DNA of 64,000 nt from a virus (lineage: Duplodnaviria > Caudoviricetes). The stretch covers positions 14,029-78,028 of IMG/VR virus record IMGVR_UViG_2873258297_000006. One strand, 5' to 3'. Below are positions 57,326 to 64,000 of the stretch, in pieces. The notes below the pieces were generated by a model. The model did not search any database. It was not told the DNA's origin and worked only from the letters and a program-made list of their open reading frames with translations. Position 1 is the first letter of the stretch; each line of letters starts with the position of its first letter. The translations under genes and the position numbers were made by a program.

Positions 57326-57493
57326 ATGCCTGAGCCGATCCCGCGCGCCCGGCGCCGAGACGACACCGCAGCCGACATGACGAGCCTCGTCCAACTCGGC
57401 CGCGCCGACCCGCAATCCGTCCCCGCGCCGAGCATCAGCCCGTTCCTCGAACCCGACCTGCCGCCACCGCCCGCCGAAGGCGAACCCGCGTAA
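57326..57493 (+). CDS. Small hypothetical protein
   Basis: RBS TAGGAAG; 55 aa; followed by a hairpin. Confidence 0.55.
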   Translation: MPEPIPRARRRDDTAADMTSLVQLGRADPQSVPAPSISPFLEPDLPPPPAEGEPA

Positions 57494-57495
57494 CG

Positions 57496-57533
57496 ACGCC
57501 CCGCTCCTGCTTTGGCAGGCGGCGGGGCGTTTC
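57496..57533 (+). terminator. Intrinsic terminator
   Basis: ACGCCCCGC..CCTGC/GCAGG..GCGGGGCGT then TTC. Confidence 0.65.
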
Positions 57534-57615
57534 GTCATGCCTGGGGCGCCTGATGTTGAACTTGCTGGACAAGCAACACGGTTTGCCGGTTACAGTGGGT
57601 CCACAACTTCATGCA

Positions 57616-57686
57616 CCTCCCGGTGCGCAGGCCCGCGGCTACTTCTTTGGAAAAGTTCCGCCGCAGGTCGACTTGATCTCGGGAGG
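57616..57686 (+). ncRNA. Short Y-RNA-like ncRNA (71 nt)
   Basis: Terminal stem CCTCCCG/CGGGAGG; shares CCCGGTGCGCAGGC and TTGATCTCGGG with the adjacent RNA; upstream of the Ro60 gene. Confidence 0.7.
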
Positions 57687-57696
57687 CACAGCATCG

Positions 57697-57843
57697 GGGG
57701 TGCCCGGTGCGCAGGCAGCGGATACTTCTCCTGCTAAGAGAGAGACGCGGGTTCGAATCCCGTCCACCGGTCCAGGGGACCGGAGGTAGCTCAGCGGCCT
57801 AGAGCGCTTCGTCTCCGCAGCCGACCTTGATCTCGGGCACCCC
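57697..57843 (+). ncRNA. yrlA: YrlA-type tRNA-mimic Y RNA (147 nt)
   Basis: Terminal stem GGGGTGCCCG/CGGGCACCCC; T arm GCGGG-TTCGAAT-CCCGT, then capped acceptor-like hairpin, then TA-GCTC...GAGC D arm (permuted order); adjacent to rsr. Confidence 0.8.
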
Positions 57844-57855
57844 ACTGCTGGACCT

Positions 57856-57878
57856 CCCCTCCTATGCGAGGGGTTTTT
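57856..57878 (+). terminator. Terminator-like hairpin overlapping the rsr ribosome-binding site
   Basis: CCCCTC-CTATGC-GAGGGG-TTTTT immediately before ATG 57880. Confidence 0.55.
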
Positions 57879-57879
57879 C

Positions 57880-59508
57880 ATGGCCAGGTTCAACCAGCGC
57901 GGCACCCGTCCCGCCGTCCACTCGCCCGTGACCACAACCGGGGAGCGGACCGTCACCCACGAAGGCGCCACCGGGCACCTCCGCGATGCACGCTCCGAGC
58001 TCTTCCTGCTCGCCGTCTCCAACTTCGTTGGCCAGGACGTCTTCTACGAGAAGGGCGGCGACCGCGACGATCGATACACGCAGCTTGTTCGGCAGCTCGC
58101 CATCGAGGACCCCGAGTGGACGGCCGGCCTGCTCGGCTGGCTCCGCGGCGAAGGCAACATGCGGACCGCGGCACTCGTAGGCGCCGCCGAGTTCACCGCC
58201 GAACGGCTCCTCCACGAGGCACCCGGCTACTCCCGCCAGGTCATCGACTCTGTTCTCCAGCGCGCCGACGAGCCGGGGGAGATGCTCGGCTACTGGACAT
58301 CGAAGTACGGCCGCAAGCTGCCGAAGCCGGTGAAGCGCGGCATCGCCGACGCCGTACAGCGGCTCTACAACGAGCGGTCGCTCCTCAAGTACGACACCGA
58401 CTCCAAGGGCTACCGGTTCGGCGACGTCCTCAATCTCGTCCACGCGGCGCCCGACCCCGACAAGCCGTGGCAGGGAGACCTGTTCGCCTACTCGCTCGAC
58501 CGTCGGCACAAGCGCGGCACCGTCCCCGACCCCGACACACTGCCGACCCTCGCCCGGAACATGGCCTTCCCGGAGTTCGTTGACCACGCCCCGGCCATCC
58601 TCCTCGACGCCGACGAGGTGAAGCGCGCTGGCCTGACGTGGGAGATGGCGCTCTCGATGGCGGGCGGCAAGGTCGACAAGGCCAAGCTGTGGGAGGCGCT
58701 CATCCCGTCCATGGGAGTGATGGCGCTCGCCCGGAACCTACGGAACTTCGACGAGGCCGGGGTCTCCGACGAGGTCGCCGCGCGGATCTGCGCCCGGTTC
58801 GCTGACGCCGATCAGGTCGCCAAGTCACGCATGTTCCCCTTCCGCTGGTGGGCTGCCTACAAGCACGCTCCCTCCCTGCGGTGGGCCCACGCGCTCGAGC
58901 AGGCACTCGGCCACTCGCTCGCCAACGTGCCGCGCCTGAAGGGTCGGACGTTGATCCTGGTAGACCGGTCGCCGTCGATGTTCCCGGGCTACGGTTTCTC
59001 GACGCCGAACAGCTCCGACATCACGCTCGCCGAGCAGGCCGCTGCCTTCGGCTCCGCCCTCGCACTGCGGGCAGCTGACCCGACGCTCGTCGAGTTCGGA
59101 TGGACCAGCCAGAAGCTGGACGTCCCCAAGGGCGGCAGCGTCCTCAAGCTCATCGAACGCTTCGGGCAGATCGACGGCACCGACATCCCGTCCGCCGTCA
59201 AGCAGCACTACGACCTTCTCCGCCACAACCGGATCGTCATCGTCACCGACGAGCAGACCCGGCCCGGCTGGCTGCCCTCCAACGGCTGGCAGCGCGGAGG
59301 CATGCGCGAAACCCAGATCGACGACCTCATCCCCAAGACCGTGCCCGTCTACATGTGGAACATGGCGGGCTACAAGCCCGGCGCTATGCCGTCCGGAACC
59401 GCGGGCCGGCACACCTTTGGCGGGCTCACCGACCATGCCTTCCGGATGGTGCCGCTCCTCGAATCCGGCCGTGACGCCGACTGGCCGTGGGTCTCGAAGC
59501 AGGCCTGA
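57880..59508 (+). CDS. rsr: TROVE-domain Ro60 ortholog (Rsr) with C-terminal vWA domain
   Basis: ELFLLAVSNF..., RGEGNMRT, LLKY, MALARNLRN, FPFR..AY, MIDAS-like DRSPSM, TDI, IVTDEQ. Confidence 0.9.
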   Translation: MARFNQRGTRPAVHSPVTTTGERTVTHEGATGHLRDARSELFLLAVSNFVGQDVFYEKGGDRDDRYTQLVRQLAIEDPEWTAGLLGWLRGEGNMRTAALVGAAEFTAERLLHEAPGYSRQVIDSVLQRADEPGEMLGYWTSKYGRKLPKPVKRGIADAVQRLYNERSLLKYDTDSKGYRFGDVLNLVHAAPDPDKPWQGDLFAYSLDRRHKRGTVPDPDTLPTLARNMAFPEFVDHAPAILLDADEVKRAGLTWEMALSMAGGKVDKAKLWEALIPSMGVMALARNLRNFDEAGVSDEVAARICARFADADQVAKSRMFPFRWWAAYKHAPSLRWAHALEQALGHSLANVPRLKGRTLILVDRSPSMFPGYGFSTPNSSDITLAEQAAAFGSALALRAADPTLVEFGWTSQKLDVPKGGSVLKLIERFGQIDGTDIPSAVKQHYDLLRHNRIVIVTDEQTRPGWLPSNGWQRGGMRETQIDDLIPKTVPVYMWNMAGYKPGAMPSGTAGRHTFGGLTDHAFRMVPLLESGRDADWPWVSKQA

Positions 59509-59520
59509 CCGAACGCCGAC

Positions 59521-59560
59521 GCCCCCGCTCCTCTCGCCTCAACGGCGGGGGAGCGGGGGC
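59521..59560. terminator. Hairpin between convergent genes
   Basis: GCCCCCGCTCC...GGAGCGGGGGC. Confidence 0.65.
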
Positions 59561-59580
59561 GCCTCGTCGTGCTCCAGCGG

Positions 59581-59850
59581 TCAGATCGGCGCGGGGCCGC
59601 TGCCGGTGAAGGTCGTGGCCTCCGTGCCGTCGGCGCGGGTGGCGATGATGACACCTTCCTTGCCGTCTGGCATCCGAAGTAGCACTCGGTCGGCTGACGC
59701 CAACTTGAAGCCGAGTCCCGCCTCGGGCGCACTCACGGAGCCGTGCCACTCCTTCAGCGGGCCGTCCGTGAAGGTGGTGAAGCGTGCGTAGACAGGGATC
59801 GCCTCGCCGTCGATGACGACGTGGGCCTTGCTCTCGTAGTCCTTTGCCAT
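59581..59850 (-). CDS. Hypothetical beta-rich protein
   Basis: 89-aa natural-looking ORF converging on rsr. Confidence 0.55.
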   Translation of the reverse strand: MAKDYESKAHVVIDGEAIPVYARFTTFTDGPLKEWHGSVSAPEAGLGFKLASADRVLLRMPDGKEGVIIATRADGTEATTFTGSGPAPI

Positions 59851-59994
59851 GCCGACAGTGTGCACCGCGCGTCTGACAGCCAGGACGATCCACGCGATCG
59901 CTAGCGCATAACGTTCCCTTGGGCGCTGCCAGTTGATCAGCGACGGCCCGCGATAACATGCCATATCGAGGGCGAAAAATTGGTACAATCGGGT

Positions 59995-60381
59995 ATGGCT
60001 GACGACCTGACACTCGGAGAGATTCGCAGCGAACTTCAGCGCCTCGCATCCTTGGCTTGCAGCATCGAGCGCCCCAAGCCGACCCGCATCAACGGCCCCG
60101 AGCACCAGTGGCCCGGACATGAGTGGGATCTGCGCGAGATGACGCCCCCGCACGGCACCAAGGACAAGGTGTGGGTCATCCGCACCGTCGACGAACGGGA
60201 CGCGGCCGACGGGCTGGTGTATGTATCCACCCCGGAGTCGATGTACCCCGGTCTGGACTTCGTGCCGCTCTACGCCTCCGACGCGCGATTGCTCGCCATG
60301 GCACTCCTTGCCGCAGCGGATCGCGCCGACCATGAGGCTCTTGGCGTACCGCGCCTCGAAGACCGACGGAAGGCGGGCTGA
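59995..60381 (+). CDS. Hypothetical protein
   Basis: Preceded by AT-rich TACAAT -10-like element. Confidence 0.6.
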   Translation: MADDLTLGEIRSELQRLASLACSIERPKPTRINGPEHQWPGHEWDLREMTPPHGTKDKVWVIRTVDERDAADGLVYVSTPESMYPGLDFVPLYASDARLLAMALLAAADRADHEALGVPRLEDRRKAG

Positions 60382-60382
60382 C

Positions 60383-60658
60383 GTGACCGAGCCCTACGAC
60401 CCGCTGCCGGATGTCATCGAGCGGGCAGAGAAGCGCCCTGACGGCGTCGGCCAGTTGAAGGACGTCGCCCGGCTCGCCCTCCACTGGCACAGGCCCACGC
60501 TGACGTGGGCCACGAGCGGCATGCGCAAAGACCCCGAGACAGGCGAAAACCTCTGGCGTGCGGCAACCGTGTGCGCCTGCGGGGTCGGCGAGTTCCCGTG
60601 CCCCCAACGCCAGCAGCTCACAGCGATCCTCGGCGTGGTCGAGGAGTACCAGCCGTGA
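60383..60658 (+). CDS. Hypothetical protein
   Basis: GTG start; overlaps the recombinase start. Confidence 0.55.
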   Translation: MTEPYDPLPDVIERAEKRPDGVGQLKDVARLALHWHRPTLTWATSGMRKDPETGENLWRAATVCACGVGEFPCPQRQQLTAILGVVEEYQP

Positions 60659-61671
60659 CCGACCTCGCCCCGCGCCAGCCAGACGCCACGCCCGTGGTCC
60701 GCGACCCCAGGGCGCTTGCCGTCCTGGCCGCCATGGAGAAGGCAGCCGAACAACACCTCGACGCCATCCGCCCCGAAAACACGAAACGCAGCTATGCCAA
60801 CGACTGGGACCTGTGGCGGGAGTTCCACGACTGGCTCGCCGAGCAGACCAGCCACCGGCTCGCGTTGACCGACGTCACCAAAGGCACCCTCGTCGGATTC
60901 GTGGTCTGGCTCGACACGATCAAGCTCGCCGCGCCCAACAGCATCGACCGCAGGATCACCGGTGTCACCGTCACAGCCCGCCGCGAGCACGGCGTCGAGG
61001 TACCGAAGGAGGCGACCGTCGCCGCCCGACAGGCCCTCAAGCCGCTGAAGGCAGACGAGGACCGCATCGCCCGCGGACGCGGAGCAGCCAAGGCGGTGAC
61101 CCCGAAGCAGCTCCGGCAGATGGCCGCCGCCGTACCCGACGGGCTCACCGGACTACGCGACCGCGCCCTCTGGCTCATGGCCTTCTTCATCGCAGGCCGC
61201 TCCGCCGAAGTCGCCGCACTCCGAACCGAAGGCATCACCCTCCACAGCGAAGGCCTCAAGGTCCGAGTCCCCGGCGTCAAAGGCAAGCCCGCCCGCGAAG
61301 TCGTCGTCATGTACGACAAGAACCCCGACACCTGCCCCGTCCGCGCCTGGTCCACCTGGAAGGCGACCAGCGGCATCACCACCGGTGCCGCCTTCCGCCC
61401 CATCGACGTGTGGGGCAACATTGCCGACCGGCATCTGACCGCCGAAGCCGTCCGCGAGATCATCGCCCGCAATGCCGAACGCGCTGGCGTCGCGGTGCGC
61501 TTGACCGGCCACAGCATGCGCGCTGGATTCATCACCGCCTCTCGCCGGGCAGGCAAGCGCGAAGAGAAGATCCGCGCCCAGTCCGGCCACGCCGAGAACA
61601 GCCCCGCCTTCTGGGGCTACATCCGGGACGCCGACAAGTGGACCGACGCTGCATCCGAGGACATCCTCTGA
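60655..61671 (+). CDS. Tyrosine recombinase (Cre/Xer-like)
   Basis: NTKRSYANDW; LRDRAL..MAFFIAGRSAEV; LTGHSMRAG; QSGH; terminal Tyr in FWGYIR; no arm-binding domain apparent. Confidence 0.88.
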   Translation: MTDLAPRQPDATPVVRDPRALAVLAAMEKAAEQHLDAIRPENTKRSYANDWDLWREFHDWLAEQTSHRLALTDVTKGTLVGFVVWLDTIKLAAPNSIDRRITGVTVTARREHGVEVPKEATVAARQALKPLKADEDRIARGRGAAKAVTPKQLRQMAAAVPDGLTGLRDRALWLMAFFIAGRSAEVAALRTEGITLHSEGLKVRVPGVKGKPAREVVVMYDKNPDTCPVRAWSTWKATSGITTGAAFRPIDVWGNIADRHLTAEAVREIIARNAERAGVAVRLTGHSMRAGFITASRRAGKREEKIRAQSGHAENSPAFWGYIRDADKWTDAASEDIL

Positions 61672-61678
61672 GACACGG

Positions 61679-61714
61679 CAACGCCCCCTCAGCCGTCCAG
61701 CTGCGGGGGCGTTG
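61679..61714 (+). terminator. Hairpin after the recombinase gene
   Basis: CAACGCCCCC...GGGGGCGTTG. Confidence 0.6.
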
Positions 61715-62056
61715 TGCTGTCCGGGCTTAGCCCCAGGCGGTGTCGCTCATGTCCCCTCCTACGTCAGGTGCGGCCACGGTAGGAGAATTCCGTCCAGCCG
61801 GTCAGCCCCTCGTGCCACACTGGTCGTGGCCACGCTCGTCTGCTCTGGGAGACCTGGGCACCCGAGAACATGTCGGCTCAAGCCGAGCGGGCCGAGGGGT
61901 GGCATGATCCACGGCGAACGCGCGTGACACCTGGCGGTGACGGCCTCCACCCCTCACCTGATGCGCCCGCATTGTGGTGCTCAGCGGGGATGGCCGTAAG
62001 GCGCGATCACCAACACCGAGCGCTCGGCCGTCACGCAACGGCCGGGCGCTCGAGCG

Positions 62057-62269
62057 TCACAACCACGCGCCGGGCCCGACTGCCCGCCATTCCACCCAGT
62101 CCTCGTCGGCGACATCCTCAGGCTCGACATCCTCCAGGCCGGCCCCGCGCAGGAACTCGACCACGTCCAGGATCGTGTACGCCATGCCCACGAACTCGGC
62201 GCCGACGCGGACTCGCCGTCCGCCGTCTTCGCCGGGCGGGTAGATGACGACAGGCGGGTTGCTTGCCAT
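62057..62269 (-). CDS. Hypothetical protein
   Basis: RBS GAAGGT; 70 aa. Confidence 0.6.
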   Translation of the reverse strand: MASNPPVVIYPPGEDGGRRVRVGAEFVGMAYTILDVVEFLRGAGLEDVEPEDVADEDWVEWRAVGPGAWL

Positions 62270-62591
62270 ACCTTCAGGGTGCGGCCGCGGTCGCCTGCGC
62301 GCATGCGGGCGTCCCTGTCACCGGGCGTTGAGGAGCTGGCGACCTGCCTGGTGGCCGTCTGTCATGCTGGTCTTGGCTATCGGTATCTGGCGGCGGGTGA
62401 GGTCCCAAACTCACCCGCCGTTGCCGTTGGTGGCTGCGACACTGGTCCCGCCCCTCGCTGCCCCCCGTCGGTGAGGGGCGCCTCGTTGTCGGTGCCCGCC
62501 GTTAAGCTGATCGCACGTATCCGCGCATGCTGGCTGCACGCGCCCGCCCCGCCCCGTGATGCAGGGGCGGGGCGCACGACTTGGAGGACCC

Positions 62592-63017
62592 GTGGAGCTC
62601 GTCGACTTCCTGCGCGCACGGCTGGACGAGGATGAGGCGTTGGCGCGCGAGGCGCCCAAGGGGCCGTGGCACATCGGCAATGCGGTCGACCCGACACAGC
62701 CGTGCAACGTCCACACCTTTCCCGGCGCCCGGCCCGTAGCCGATGGGCTGAACTGGCTGGTCGCCGAGCACATCGCCCGCCATGATCCGGCCCGTGTCCT
62801 CGCCGAGGTCGACGTCAAGCGGCAGCTGATTGCTCGGGGCGGCCCGTTCTGCACCAGCGACTGCGACGAGCCCGGCAACGAACCCATGGATCCTGACACC
62901 AACTGGACGACGCCGCTGGAACACCACCTCGACTGCGCCGCCTACGAGGCCGCGAAGTTGATGGCTCTGCCGTATGCCGACCACCCGGACTTCGACCCGG
63001 CCTGGCTGGAGGACTAA
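62592..63017 (+). CDS. DUF6221-like protein
   Basis: LVDFLRARLDEDE...HIARHDPARVLAEV...LPYADHPDF; RBS GGAGG. Confidence 0.75.
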   Translation: MELVDFLRARLDEDEALAREAPKGPWHIGNAVDPTQPCNVHTFPGARPVADGLNWLVAEHIARHDPARVLAEVDVKRQLIARGGPFCTSDCDEPGNEPMDPDTNWTTPLEHHLDCAAYEAAKLMALPYADHPDFDPAWLED

Positions 63018-63193
63018 GCCGCCTTCACGACCTCGCTGCGCGTCGCTGCCTCCCACCGTAGGACGAGCGCCTCGTACTCCCGCCGCCGCTCATCCGTCAG
63101 CCGCACGGACGGGTCCACCCACAGCGCACGGATCTGCGCATTCAGCTCGTCAGCTGAACACGCGTCGCCGTCAGGCAGGGGGGAGGGGGGCAT
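63014..63193 (-). CDS. Small hypothetical protein
   Basis: 59 aa, ELNAQIRALW...YEALV..W. Confidence 0.45.
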   Translation of the reverse strand: MPPSPLPDGDACSADELNAQIRALWVDPSVRLTDERRREYEALVLRWEAATRSEVVKAA

Positions 63194-63225
63194 GGATCAA
63201 GCGTAGCCGCGGGCTCGGACAGCGG

Positions 63226-63474
63226 TCAGCCCTGTGCAGGCGGCTGCGGCAGCTCGGTGACGAACGTGCCGATACCCGGCTGCATGTACGCCAGCCCCTC
63301 CGCCCGCAGCTCCTTCAACGCCTTGCGTGCGGTCACCTGCGAGATGTCGAACTCGGCGCACACATCAACCACCGACGGCAGCCGTTCCCCAGGCGGGTAT
63401 GTGCCGTCGACGATCCGCTCCCGCAGCTGCTCGTACACCTGCTGCCACCTCGGCACATCCGCTTCCCACCTCAT
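63226..63474 (-). CDS. GntR-family HTH regulator (HTH only)
   Basis: WQQVYEQLRERIVDGTYPPGERLPS...ISQVTARKAL..LR.EGL. Confidence 0.85.
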   Translation of the reverse strand: MRWEADVPRWQQVYEQLRERIVDGTYPPGERLPSVVDVCAEFDISQVTARKALKELRAEGLAYMQPGIGTFVTELPQPPAQG

Positions 63475-63635
63475 GATCCAGACGCTAGGTCCGCTTGGTC
63501 GGCTAGGCGAGATCGGTGGGCCACGTGCACGTATCGCACGCATCGCGCCTATCGCGATACCGTGCCATGCAAGGACCCCCGCGACCGCCTGTTCCGCGGC
63601 CCGGGGGCGTGGACGACACTGACCGGAGCGCCGCC

Positions 63636-63854
63636 ATGAACCAGCCTACGGAGCCCGAGCCCGCGGTACAGGCCGCCGACAAGCCGGACCCGATCCCGCA
63701 ACTCTGCTGCCACTGCGGAGAACTCACCCGCGAACCCGTCCTCGTCGGCGAAGTCCACACCGCCAGCGGCGCCGGCTCCAGCATCTTCGCCTGCCCCAAG
63801 GACGCGCCCCTCTTCGGCGAGCACACGGTCCGGCTGCAGGGGCGTGCCTCATGA
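63636..63854 (+). CDS. Hypothetical protein (CCHC motif)
   Basis: Divergent from GntR; RBS GGAG. Confidence 0.55.
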   Translation: MNQPTEPEPAVQAADKPDPIPQLCCHCGELTREPVLVGEVHTASGAGSSIFACPKDAPLFGEHTVRLQGRAS

Positions 63855-64000
63855 AGCCGAAGAGCCCGCCCGTCGCCCCGCCGACACCTGAGTGGACTGC
63901 CCTCGTCAAGCACCTGCAGACCTGCCAGTTGTGCTTGACCAGTGGGCCTTGTAACGACGGGCAGCAGCTCGTCGACGCGCACAAGGCGACGCGCCGCTGA
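63851..64000 (+). CDS. Small hypothetical protein
   Basis: ATGA overlap; CQLC motif. Confidence 0.5.
   Translation: MKPKSPPVAPPTPEWTALVKHLQTCQLCLTSGPCNDGQQLVDAHKATRR

Noticed and set aside
57726-57805. Canonical tRNA-Ser(GCT) gene
   Set aside because: The arms are in permuted order, the acceptor stem is loop-closed with no CCA end, and the element is nested in a Y-RNA terminal stem
57616-57843. CRISPR mini-array (repeated CCCGGTGCGCAGGC and TTGATCTCGGG)
   Set aside because: Only two copies, the repeats pair as RNA stems rather than flanking spacers, and no cas genes are present
61712-62590. Prophage end or attR after the recombinase
   Set aside because: No tRNA target or long direct repeat matching elsewhere in the window was found, and mobile-element-type genes continue to the window end
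1-64000. IS/transposase, rRNA or host housekeeping genes
   Set aside because: No DDE or serine transposase motifs, terminal inverted repeats, rRNA or core genes were recognised

Overview
High-GC actinobacterial (Streptomyces-type) temperate phage or prophage filling the whole window; neither end is visible. Layout: (1) 1-11.3 kb, early/accessory genes with a 5'-truncated DpdA/TGT-like gene, a DNA methyltransferase, MazG-like, NUDIX, LuxR and XRE genes. (2) 11.3-15.8 kb, a replication/regulation switch with a wHTH rep-like gene and iteron-like repeats, a GIY-YIG-GntR fusion, a KorSA-like GntR/UTRA repressor and an Xis-like gene. (3) 15.8-23.4 kb, a Streptomyces conjugation module of plasmid/AICE type, with Spd-like membrane proteins, TraB (FtsK/SpoIIIE) and clt-like 8-bp repeats. 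(4) 28.5-49.4 kb, a complete siphovirus morphogenesis operon. (5) 49.4-53.3 kb, an antisense epimerase plus two glycosyltransferases. (6) 53.5-57.2 kb, a lysis cassette with two antisense HNH genes. (7) 57.6-59.5 kb, two tandem Y-RNA-like ncRNAs (one a permuted tRNA mimic) directly upstream of a TROVE/Ro60 (Rsr) gene. (8) 60.6-61.7 kb, a Cre/Xer-like tyrosine recombinase and more accessory genes. Highlights are the phage-borne Ro60-Y RNA locus, the phage/conjugative-element hybrid architecture, the glycosylation cassette and a shared motif in front of four late modules. All protein assignments come from motif recognition by eye; no database search was run.
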